Assembly (NCBI GenBank): GCA_951406725.2
Contig: OX597815.1
Span: 28,396,001-28,460,000, forward strand
Origin: Octopus vulgaris
Lineage: Eukaryota
Reading direction: 5' to 3'
Length of the DNA stretch: 64,000 nt
Made by a program: the position numbers and the translations under genes. Position 1 is the first letter of the stretch; each line of letters opens with the position of its first letter. The notes beneath the pieces were generated by a model, which was given only the letters and a program-made list of their open reading frames with translations, was not told the origin of the DNA and did not search any database. Below, piece after piece: positions 11,258-23,327 of the stretch.

Positions 11258-12499
11258 AGAGTTGGACAAAATAATGGAAACACCTTGCATCAAAGCATCA
11301 TAATTTAGAAATATCTATAAAACCGTCAAAAGCTTGTTTATTTTTATTCCTTTTGATTTATCATTAGTGTTGCTTAATATGTTTTGCTAAAATTGCTGTT
11401 TCTTTTCAGATATCATCAGAAAAGGTAATTAAAATTCATTAAAATGACAGATCTACCGAACTTTCAAAGAGGTCAAATTGTTGGTGCAAGCACTAGCATA
11501 ACAAAAACAGTCGAAATGTTTGGTGTATCAAGAAGTACTGTTTTGAAAGTAATGACAGCCTTTGAGAAAGAGGGATCGTCGAAACAAAACTCTGGAAGAA
11601 AACCAAAACTTTCAGATAGGTTCTTACGCGAATTGTTAGAAAGAATCACAAAAGTACAACTCCCAAAATTACTGTAGTGCTTACTGACCACCTCAAGAAC
11701 CCAGTTTCCATCAAAACTGTTTGCCAGGAGCTACACAAAGCTGGATTTCATGGAAGGACTGCAATCAGAAAACCACTACTTTCAAAAACAATCATTGCAA
11801 AGCATTTAGAGTAGAGTAAAACCCTACAGAATTGGTCCCTAGAGCAGTGGAAGAATGTTATTTTCTCAGATGAATCATCATTTACCCTATTTCCAAGCAT
11901 CGGCCAAGTATATATGTAGAGACAGCCAAAAGAAGCATTTGACCCAGACTGCCTTCTTCCAACTGTTAAACATGGAGGAGGATCTGTGATGATCTGAGGG
12001 GCTATATCTTGGAAATCTAATAGCCCAATGGTTGTCCTTCATGGCAGAATTAATAGTCAAGACTATTTAAGCATTTTATCTAATCAAATTCATCCTATGG
12101 TTGTGGAACTGTTTCTGGAGGGAAACACAATCTTTCAGGATGATAATGCCCCAATTCACACAGCGAAAGTTGTTACTGAATGGCATGAGGAACATTCTAG
12201 ATAAGTTGAACAGCTTATCTGGCCACCACAGTCCCCAGATCTCAATATTAATGAACATTTATGGTGCATTTTGGAAAAACAAGCAAGGAATCGATATCCT
12301 CCACCATCATTACTACAGGAACTGGAGACTGTTTTAGCTGAAAAATGGACAAAAATTCCTTTGGAAACAATTCAAACTTTCTACGAATCCATGTCTCATA
12401 GAATTTAAGCTGTAATTACTGCCAAATGCAGTCCTATCCCATATTAAAATAAATTTGTTTGAAATTTTAAGGTGTTTCCATTATTTTGTCCAACCCCTG
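11256..12499 (+). mobile_element. Full-length Tc1-like DNA transposon, DD36E (Incomer-like) type
   Basis: TIR ca(a/g)g(a/g)gttggacaaaataatggaaacacctt at both ends, TA flanks, 1244 bp. Confidence 0.92.
11444..12445 (+). pseudogene. Degenerate Tc1 transposase
   Basis: HTH/GRKPKLS, FSDESSF, KHGGGSVMI, FQDDNAPIH, WPPQSPDLNINE; stops and frameshifts. Confidence 0.9.
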
Positions 12500-12529
12500 T
12501 ATGTATGTATGTATGTATGTATGTATGTA

Positions 12530-12574
<45 letters not shown>

Positions 12575-12820
12575 CTTTGTGTCTCCATTTGTCCCCCACT
12601 GCTGATTGAAAACTGGTGTTGGTGAGTTTACATCCCTGTAACTTAGCAGTCCAGCAAAAAGAGACTGATAAAATAAGTACCAGGATCAATTCGGTTGACT
12701 AAAATTCTTCAAAGCAGTGCTCCAGTATGGTCACAGTCTAATGAGTAAAGCAAGTAAAATAAAAATAAAAAAGAATAAACCAGTAAACTGTCTGGGAGCT
12801 TGTGATATCCACCCACTCCT
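12500..12820. repeat. Right arm of inverted duplication
   Basis: Reverse complement of 10925-11255. Confidence 0.9.
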
Positions 12821-12855
<35 letters not shown>

Positions 12856-12976
12856 TTATGTATATATGTATCAAATGAAATAAATGAAAAATGGGACACA
12901 AAGGATGTTGCGGTACATATGTTTCGAGCTTTATAGAACAACTTATTCTTACATCAATGCATAATTGACATAACAG

Positions 12977-13038
<62 letters not shown>

Positions 13039-13049
13039 CATATATACAC

Positions 13050-13200
13050 AATGGGATTCTTTCAGTCTCTCTTGACCAAATTCACTTTGGTTGGCCTGAG
13101 GCTACAGCAGAAGACACTTGCAGAAGTTACCACAGAGTGGGAATGAACCAAGAACCATGTGTTTGGGAAGCAAACTTCTTACCACACAGACACACTTATG
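13050..13200 (-). mobile_element. 5' half of the family A SINE whose 3' half lies at about 10990-11200
   Basis: atgggattctttcagt..gaagacacttg..gaaccatgtg. Confidence 0.75.
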
Positions 13201-13774
13201 CCTATAATTTAATTTTTTTTTTCGTTTTTTTTTTTTCGTTTTTTTTTTCGTTTTTTTTTTTTGTATTTCACACAAACACCATTCAAGTTCATCTTTTTCA
13301 TCTTGCAAAATTACCAAATTCTGCAAGAACAAAAGGCCCCAAAATTATCTTGCCATTGGTACCATCTGTTGTATAATTAGATTGTATGAATAAAATGGTG
13401 ATGTCACGATTGACTTCATGTTAATAAAGTGCAAAATGTAACACATGTCACATGAGCATCTAGAAATGCTTAAAATTAGGTCATAGACTTGACTTTAATC
13501 TGCATGTACATTGCTAAAGGCAAGATTTCATGCTTGTTATCATATCCAGTTATTCCTATTATTCATATTTCATACACATTGATTCTCACACTCTAGTTTC
13601 TGACACTACATTTCAACGTTTGCTTTTGTCTTTTTAATTTTTATTTCATTTTATTCTATTTTGAGATTTGTGAATATGATATCAAAGGGGAATTCAGCTA
13701 ATGAACCAAGGATAATTAGTCACAGAAGGAAAACAAAAGCATATTGAACTTTTTTCAGAAAACTGTTATTCTAC

Positions 13775-13975
13775 ATTCTGTCGTGTCTGGGGAGAGTCAT
13801 TTTCTTTTTGTGCCTTATGTAACACACTCACCGGTAAAATTTTCACTTTTTTCTTATTTTTATTTTCCTAAAATTTTAGGAAAATAAAAATAAGAAAAAA
13901 ATGGAAATTTTCCCGCTGAGTGTGTTACATTATAAGGCACAAAAAGAAAATAACTCTCCGCAGATACAACAGAAT
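13775..13975. mobile_element. Loopless ~200-bp palindrome (fold-back MITE)
   Basis: Arms mirror around cctaaaa|ttttagg at 13873/13874. Confidence 0.85.
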
Positions 13976-13999
13976 ATGCTTCAAAACATGAACTCATAT

Positions 14000-14780
14000 A
14001 AAGAATCTTGCAAACCAAATCCAAAAATGAAATGTTATTCTACAGTTTCCACTATCAGACACAGGAACTGATTCTGGTTCTTCAATAGTCATGAGCTGAA
14101 TTGAGCATGTGGATATAGACAATGAAAACAGCCGGAGAGCATTCATCTGGTGGTGTAAAAAGTAAGGGAGAGTTGATAAACTGAAACATCTGGTGATATT
14201 TCTGTCAGTCACAAGGAAAGTGTCAAACAAGAGAGTCAGATATTTTCTGTGCATTGACAATAATGGAACAGCAAGGTGTGGAAGTTATTACAACTGACTA
14301 CCTGCCATATGCAAAGAAGAAGGAACAGAATATCAGAAAAGAAATTATTGAAAATCACAAACAGTGTTATGTTCATGTTCAAAAGAAAAATAATTTTCTT
14401 CATTAAATGAAATTGAAAAGGCATTTGAAACTCCATTGTTGCATTTGGTAAGCAATACAAACAACTTAGTGAGAAAATTATTAGTGGATGGATATATCAA
14501 GTATATTTATGCCAACGCACTCTTATCACAAATAACTGGTCTTCTTGGATAATAGCTTTTGAAATGCTAAAAATCTTTGACTGTAATAAGCCAAACACTC
14601 CATATAATATTACTGAATTTAAACTTACATTAATCCTGGTTTTCACAATGAGTTCTTAGAAGCTATTGTCCAAAGTGACTGAGATGTATTTCAGAAACAG
14701 ATTTTAGTTCGTGCTTCCTCCTTCAGATGTATTGCTTTGGCAGGACAATCATTTTCTGCCACTGAAAATTATAGAAGGCA
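14000..14780 (+). pseudogene. Degraded hAT-like transposase fragment
   Basis: Frame-hopping translation LPAICKEEGTEY..IIENHKQCYVH, TNNWSSWIIA, YINPGFHNEFLEAIVQSD..SFRC recalls the hAT N-terminal region; not search-verified. Confidence 0.45.
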
Positions 14781-15099
14781 GACACAGTAGAGAATGTATA
14801 CTTTTCATGGGAAATGATGAATGACTGAATTTGATGCAGCAGGGTAAGTGTCAGACCCTTTTCAAAGGTGCATTTCAGTTTATACAATTCAATCGAAATC
14901 AAATTCGATGACTGGCATCTGTGCTAGTGGAGTGCTAAGAGTACCATACGAGTGAGATCATTGCCAGAGCAACAAGCTGGCCTCCGTGCCGATAGCATGT
15001 TAAAAACACCATTCAAGTGTGATCGTTACCTGCCTCGCCTTACTAGCACTTGTGCTGGTGGCATGTACGCCTTTGAGCAACATTAAAATTCACTCATCC

Positions 15100-17072
15100 A
15101 TTGCAGCACCATAGTCAACTGCTACAAGAGTAAAGGTGGTGCTCTTGTTAGAAATAACTACAAGGGTATCAAACTGCTCGATCAGGTAATGAAGGTCACA
15201 GAGAGGAGCATAGCCCATCTCATTAGGGAGAGAGTCTGCTTAAATGAGATGCAGTTCGGTTTTATTCCGAGTAGAAGCACCACTGATGCCATATTCCTGG
15301 TTCGACAACTGCAGGAGAAATACCTAGCTAAAGACAAAACCTTCTACTTAGTTTTTGTGGACTTGGAGAAAGCCTTTGACAGGGTCCACCGATTCCTTAT
15401 CTGGTGAGCAATGCAGAAACTGGAGATTGACGAATGGTTAATAAGGGCTGTACAGGCCCTATACAGAGAGGCCGTTAATAAGATTAGGATTGGTAACGAG
15501 TATAGTGAAGAATTCTGGGTAGAAGTAGGGGTCCACCAAGGTTCAGCCCTCAGTCCCCTTTTATTCTTCATAGTCCTCCAGGCAATAACAGAGGAATTCA
15601 AGACGAGTTGCCCCTGGGAGCTCCTCTATGTTGATGACCTGGCCCTCATAGGAGAATCACTACTGGAATTAGAAAAGAAATTTTGGGTGTAGAAGCTAGG
15701 TTTAGAATCAAAAGGCCTTAGAGTAAATATATTAAAGACCAAAGTTATAGTAAGCAGGAAGGCAAACACATCACACACTCCCTCAGGTAGGTGGCCCTGC
15801 TCGATCTGTAGAAAAGGTGTAGGTTGAAACTCCATAAGATGTACCCAGTGTAAGCTATGGACGCATACGAGGTGCAGCAACATCAGTGGAAAATTAACCG
15901 AGAAGATAAATTTCGTGTGCGGCAGATACACAGGGGCAATAGATACCACAGATACTCAGAAAACAGATTCCATCACACTCCAGGGGGAGAAAAAGAAGTT
16001 GTTGATAGTATTCGCTACCTAAGTGACTAAGTTAGTAGTGGAGGTGGATACTCAGAGAGTGTTACCACTAGAATACGACTAGCCTGGGCAAAGTTTAGAA
16101 AGCTTCTACCCCTACTGGTGACAAAGGGTCTCTTGCTCAGAGTGAAAGGTAGATTGTATAATGCATGTGCGAACTGCCATGCTTCACAGTAGTGAAACAT
16201 GGGCTGTGACTGCAGAGGACATGCATAGACTTGAAAGAAATGAAGCTAGCATGATCCGCTGGATGTGTAATGTTAGTGTGCATACATGACAGAGTGTAAG
16301 CGCCCTGAGAGAAATGCTGGACATAAGAAGCATCGGATGTGGCCTGCAAGAGAGACGTTTGCATTGGTATGGTCATGTACTACGGATGGATGAGGAGAGA
16401 TGTGTGAAGAAGTGCCACTCCCAAACAGTTGAAGGAATCCGGGGTAGAGGTAGACCCAAGAAGATATGGGATGAGGTGGTCAAGCATGACCTTCGAACGT
16501 TGGGCCTCACAGAGGCAGTGACAAAAGACTGAGACCTCTGAAGGTATACTGTGACTGCAAAGACCCAGCAAATAAAGTGAGTTCATGGCTGTTTCCTATA
16601 CCAGCTTCACATAGCAGCCCCAGCCCATCCAAAGTACCTTAGATTGCAGGATGGCCTGCTGTGCTTACCTTGGATCTTAGGGTGATCTGCTATGCTTGAG
16701 GAGACCTATTGAGTCAAATACATCAACATCAAAATAAAAATCAAATGGAAATTGTAGTTGTGATACCTGTTCCGGTGCCACATAAAAAGCATCATCCGAA
16801 CGTGGCCGATGCCAGCACCACCTTCACTGGCTTCTGTGCCAGTGGCATGTAAAAAGCACCAACCAATTGAGGCTGCTGCCAGCCTCCCCTGGCACATAAA
16901 AAGCACCCACTACACTCACGGAGTGGTTGGTGTTAAGAAGGGCATCCAGCTGTAAAAGCATTGCCAGATCAGACTGGAGCCTGGTGCAGCCTCCTGGCTT
17001 CCCAGACCCCGGTCGAACCGTCCAACCCATGCTAGCATGAAAAACAGACGTTAAACGATGATAATGATGATG
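15100..17072 (+). mobile_element. 5'-truncated RTE-clade LINE (RT pseudogene ~15100-16570 plus 3'-UTR and (GAT)n tail)
   Basis: QFGF..STTDAIF, FVDLEKAFDRV, GVHQGSALSPLLF, YVDDL, RLHWYGHVLRM, RGRGRPKK; several stops. Confidence 0.93.
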
Positions 17073-17204
17073 GTACTTACCCTGTTGGTCTCCTTTGCTG
17101 AACAGATAAGTTACAGAAATGTAAACAAACCAACACCAGCTATCAGGTAGTGGTGAGATCTAACACAGATACTAAAACACACGCACACTCACACACACAT
17201 GTAT

Positions 17205-17239
17205 GCATCTATATCTATATCTGTCTATCTATCTGTCTG

Positions 17240-17290
<51 letters not shown>

Positions 17291-17318
17291 GTCTGTCTGT
17301 CTGTCTGTCTGTCTATCC

Positions 17319-17413
<95 letters not shown>

Positions 17414-17414
17414 C

Positions 17415-17493
<79 letters not shown>

Positions 17494-17506
17494 CGTCCGT
17501 CCATCC

Positions 17507-17553
<47 letters not shown>

Positions 17554-17571
17554 GCGATGTCTATCTATCTC
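17205..17571. repeat. (ATCT/GTCT)n microsatellite
   Basis: Directly visible; resumes at 18631-18780. Confidence 0.95.
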
Positions 17572-18630
17572 TGCCGTCCTGGGTCGACCTTAGTGACTTC
17601 AACACAACCAAAGCATTCTATAGGGGTTTAGTGGAGGGGAGGTACGACGACGAGCTCGGGGCGAACCTGGACGTTGACGAGGAGTACCTGACCCGCCTGT
17701 TCAGGACGACTTTCGGGCCAGGGCCCATGGACAACTTCCAGAGATCCCTGGCCTGGCAGTGCTACCGAGAAGCGCTACCCGTTCGGGATAAGCTCTACAG
17801 ACACGGCTCGAGAAACACGGGGCCGACCTGCCCGAGATGCGGTCAGAGCGACGAAACCGTTCTGCACGCACTCGTTCAGTGTCCAACAATTTCCGACCTG
17901 TGGGCTTATGTCGAACAACTGCTGTCACGTGTGGGACGAGTCGGTTTATCAGCTGAGTCTATCGTCAATATTGTCACGCCTCCTTCCTTCAAACGGGAAG
18001 GAAGAGCTATTTTCATCATCCTTGTGGCTATGGCGAAGGAATGTATCTGGTGGACGCGTCTGAAAGGATTGGAGACAAACACTTTCCTCTCTGGTCAATC
18101 TCTCATCAACTTCTTCAAGTACCACTTGAAAAGGAAAGTGAGAGTAAAGAGGCAAGTTTTGTCTAGCGAATGTTTTAAAAAAAGATGGGTGAATGTAGCA
18201 AGAATGGCACGTATGAATGACGAAGCCATCTTGAGCATAGTCCTATGAACCCAGAAATCGAAAACAGAGAGTTGCTTATTTGCAAAAAAAAAAAAAAAAA
18301 GAAATATAAAATGTGACATCATTGACCGAGGTTACCGTGGTCTTTTCCGTAGGCTTTTCTTTGCACGGGTAAATCTCACCTGTCCTCCCCTTTACATTTC
18401 ATATTGACATTTCTGTGATAACGATCCCTATTGATCAATTTTTTTCCTCTCCCCCTTTTTTTAAACCCCCTTTTTTTGTCCTCTTTCTCTCCTTTTACGA
18501 TCCCTTTTGATCGAAACTCCCCCCTCCTTTTTTTTTTTTTTTTTTTTTTTTTTCTTAAACCTTCAAAAGAAAAGCTCTACCTTGTAATTTGTTCTATCTG
18601 TGTGCAGCCCTGTGTGGCTAATAAAGAAAC
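17572..18630 (+). mobile_element. L1/Tx1-clade LINE 3' fragment inserted in (ATCT)n
   Basis: Open frame to 18248 with ALPV and CCHC knuckle [14 protein letters not shown]; T-rich 3'-UTR, AATAAA near 18620. Confidence 0.85.
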
Positions 18631-18631
18631 A

Positions 18632-18779
<148 letters not shown>

Positions 18780-18902
18780 AATCACATGTTGGGCTTATTT
18801 CAGTTACCATCTATCAAATCCCAGCCTAAAAACTGTTGTAGGAGACATTTGCCCCAATTTGCCACACACTGGGACTGAATCAGGAACCATGGTTGAGAAG
18901 CA

Positions 18903-18939
<37 letters not shown>

Positions 18940-19516
18940 AATACACATCCATCCCCCTACACACACACATACACACACACACACAAAGTTGGAAAGAGAG
19001 ATAGGTAGATACTGAGTGTGTGATAGGTGGTGAGCTGAAATATATAGGTAGGTAGGAAAATTAAGTAGGCGGGTAGGTGGAGAATTAGTTGATAACTAGA
19101 GTAGAACAGGCAACGTGAAGATAGCTTTGGCTAATGTTGTTGAGTCAAGAAGAGAAAAGGAATATTTTTAGCAAAACTTGTGCTACGTTAACTCAAAACT
19201 GTTAATCATAGATGAAGCCGTTCCAACAGCTCCAGGCTGCTATCATCCTACTGGTCGTGTGTTATAGTATATGCACGCACACACAAACACACACACACAC
19301 ACAGCACATATGTACACATGTGTGCATGCATACACACACACACACACGTGTGCATGCATACACACACTCACACATGTACACAAACACATAGTAATATGTG
19401 TTTGCACATATGTGTGTATAACATTTTAATTAAAATACATGTATATACTTATACACACACATGTGTGTGTGTGGATATATATATATAAATATATATATAT
19501 GTATATACATACATGT

Positions 19517-19547
<31 letters not shown>

Positions 19548-19585
19548 CATACATACATACATATATATATATGTATGTATATATG

Positions 19586-19638
<53 letters not shown>

Positions 19639-19845
19639 GCATGTATGTATGTATTCATATAAGTGTATATATATTGATAGCAATCAATTGATATATTTAG
19701 GGCTTATCTTTTTCTAACCTGTCTTTTTTTTCTTTACATTTTATTTTTTACTATTTTCTATATATTGGTTACCTCTTTCCTCCACACTGGAATTCTTCCT
19801 TTTTGGTTTAGAGCAATTTTGTGCATATAGCACACATGCACATAC

Positions 19846-19882
<37 letters not shown>

Positions 19883-20254
19883 CCCATATATGCTTCTAAA
19901 TACTGTGTCTGTATATGTTCAAGCATTTAGTTGTATCCATAGTAAAGTGATATACTCATGTCCTATTCAAAGGAGAATTTATCTCATATTTTCTTAACAT
20001 TATAATTTGGAAGAAAGAATTACATAGGATTAGATTAGATATAGATATAAGTGATGAAAATAAGTCATATTTTTAGCCTTAAGAATAGGAAAAAAGCTGT
20101 CACTTCTACTCATTACACATTTTAACATTCCATATTACTTTAACCAATTTGATACCAACCTGTCTGAGACTGGATCTCTGATACAAACTACCTGTTTAAA
20201 TTGATCTGAATCAAGACTAGCCTTCAAAATTTCATATTAATTTGTGTTCCAAAT

Positions 20255-20754
20255 TAACCAAGAGAACAACCAAGAGAATACTCTCTATCAGGCATTTGCC
20301 ATATTCTGAACGCCTTACTTCCCTGGGCATGGATACATTGAAACTCCAACATCTGGCAGACACCCATAAAATTATTAACCATCTTACCAACAATAACTCT
20401 GAACACCTTTTCAAACTCCACCTGTCTAACACCCGTGGACATGTTTACAAAGTCAGAAAACAGCACAGCTCCCATGACTTTCGGAAATATTTTTTCATGC
20501 TAAGAGTTGCTGAGGTGTGGAACAAATTGCTGGCATCAGTTGTTAGTTGTTGGAGCACTACATCCTTCAAAACTTCCATGCTTCCTGAGATTCGCCAACA
20601 CTTCACCTGATTTTCTCCCCTCCATACATATGCAAGCATGTATCTGACTCATACACTGTTCACTTCCCAGACATTTGTACATTACTGCATATGCTTTATA
20701 CGCACTTTTGACAAGTTGTGGTGCACCTGAGCACTGTATACAATAATTTCATTA
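20255..20754 (+). mobile_element. CR1-clade LINE 3' fragment
   Basis: LPYSERLTSLG..TRGH..FFMLRVAEVWNKL. Confidence 0.85.
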
Positions 20755-20824
20755 TATCAAATCCCAACTTAATAATGATTAAAATATTTTACTGAATTTT
20801 TCATTATTTTCATAATTAATTGAA

Positions 20825-21187
20825 ATAAAAATTTCGATCAAAATCAATGGAAATTGTAGTTGTGATACCAGTGCCAGTGGCATGTAAGAGAACCATCCGA
20901 ACGTGGCCATTGCCAGCGCCACCCTGACTGACCTCCGTACCGGTGGCACATAAAAAGCACCAACTGATCGTGGCCATTGCCAGCCTCGTCTGGCACCTGT
21001 GCCAGTGGCACGTAAAAAGCACCCACTACACTCACTGAGTGGTTGGCGTTAGGAAGGGCATCCAGAAACACTACCAGATCAGACTGGGCTTGGTGCAGCC
21101 TCCTGGATTCCCAGACCCCAGTTGAACCGTCCAACTCATGCTAGCATGGAAAGCGAATGTTAAACAATAATGATGATGATGATGATG
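20825..21187 (+). mobile_element. RTE 3'-UTR copy
   Basis: Similar to 16730-17072. Confidence 0.85.
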
Positions 21188-21709
21188 AAAAATAGTATAT
21201 TTCATCAGAAATATGGTAACAAAAAGGAAGTATAGAACATCTACTTATTCAAAGACGCAAACTGAAATTAGAGTCAAATGTAAATAAGCCATCAGGCAAA
21301 GTGTTTAATTCTCATTTAAAATCAATTTAATAATACATCATTGAATTCTATATTTGTATTATGGAAGCTTCTTCTGACATATGATACTCCTTCAATATTG
21401 AACCTTATAAATATTTAATTTCTAGTTATCATGAGTGCTAGACCTGGTATTGAAATAATTATAGGAGTGATAAATAGGAGATGGAAATGATTATTAGGGA
21501 AGAACATCATTAAATTTGTGAAAGATCTATAAAATAAACCAATAAAATAAACCAATAAATGTGAACATATAAAATAAACCAATAAATGTGAACATATATT
21601 TGTGTGGTCTGTTAGAATAAACTATACTGCAATAGTTACTATGAGAGAAATTCCCATAAAGGCTTTTTGGTGCAAAATGGACACTTTTTATATCACTAGT
21701 GGAGAGATC

Positions 21710-22090
21710 TCTTTTACTCTTTTACTTGTTTCTGTCATTTGACTGCGGCCATGCTGGAGCACTGCCTTTTAGTCAAGCAAATCGACCCCAGGACTTATTC
21801 TTTGTAAGCCTAGTACTTATTCTATCAGTATCTTTTGCTGAACCGCTAAGTTACGGGGTCGTAGCGATGTTGGGGGGGGGGGGCAAACACAGACATTCAA
21901 ACGCTCACACATATATACATATATATACGATGGGCTTCTTTCAGTTTTCATCTACCAAATCCACTCACAAGGCTTTGGTCGGCCCGAGGCTATAGTGGAA
22001 GACACTTGTCCAAGGGGCCATGCAGTGGGACTGAACCTGGAACTATGTGGTTGGTAAGCAAGCTACTTACCACACAGCCACTCCTGCACC
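21710..22090 (-). mobile_element. SINE family A
   Basis: Similar to 3827-4231. Confidence 0.85.
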
Positions 22091-22253
22091 TATCTGTTCA
22101 ATTAGAACAACTTATGCTACCATGGTTACAATGTGAGAAATTTCCATGCCCTAATAGAATATCTACATTTAAGTGGGGATAAATGAATGTGAATTTCTGT
22201 GTGTATCTGGATTTCTTCCTGCCTTTTAGACTGATCCCCACAAATAGCATATA

Positions 22254-22646
22254 CTAGCAGTATTGCCTGGCGTTGCTTGGGTTTGTTTTGACCCTTTACA
22301 ATTGGAATTTTTGAAAAGTAAAAATTTTGCATTATGTAACTTGTTATTCCCTTTAAGTGAACATTTTTCTGGTTGAAATACACTGAAAAATGGCGACACA
22401 GCAGTAAAAAAATCGTAAAAAATAGGGATTTTCATAGAAAAAAAATCACCTTTTAGATGTAAATAATTTTTGGTGTTAACATGGTCCGATTTGAATTTTT
22501 TCTTCTACGGAAGGAAGAGCAAACCTTCTTCTATCATACTCTTAATTTTGTTCAACTTGCACCACAGGGTCTCGCAGGAGATAGTGTTAGTTGAAGGCTA
22601 CCAAACCTGCCATACACAGACAACTTCAGCTTTATATATAGAGAGA
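22254..22646 (-). mobile_element. Non-autonomous Helitron
   Basis: Minus strand 5'-TC start, subterminal hairpin cccaagcaacgccagg, CTAG-3' end, between A and T; second copy at 37097. Confidence 0.75.
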
Positions 22647-23260
22647 TTTGAAACCAGGTGCTATTTCTATGGTACCTTGGTCCACCAGCCTATGGTGAAA
22701 ATTTAGATCATCTTTAGATCTTATGACCAGCAAAATGCAAACTAAATGGCATAACAATGGAAGGAGAAATATAGAGAGTAAACAAGCTAGATACTGACTG
22801 GAAAATTATTGCTAACCTATTGAGTAAGTGGGTGGCAAGCAATGAGAATAATTAACATTTTTAGAACACCTTTAAATTTTAAATAGGTTCGGTGGTAAAG
22901 TACTCTCTATGCTGGTGTATGATAAGATGGTTCCGGCTAGTAATTTTGTTACTGACCAAATCTGAATTGTGCAGTGGCAACACAAGGCTCGAGAAGTTTT
23001 TTTTTTACTTTGGCTGATAGCAAGATAGCTTCTGAAGTAGTGATACTATCAAAAATGCACTCAGTACACTCTGTAAAGTGTGTGATGTAAGGAAGGACAC
23101 ATTCAAGCATTGAAATCTGTCAAAGCTGAGGCATTGAAGCAAGATATGGTTCTCCGATCTGCTGGATCCTGTTAAACCAACCAACCATTGCTATCATGGA
23201 GAACGAATGTAAAGTGATAATGAACTTGATGATGATGACTGCGATATATATACCATCATC

Positions 23261-23315
<55 letters not shown>

Positions 23316-23327
23316 TAATAATAATAA

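Noticed and set aside
17199-17571. N-terminal third of the 349-aa ORF
   Set aside because: (ATCT)n read-through; only the part after about 17572 is LINE-derived
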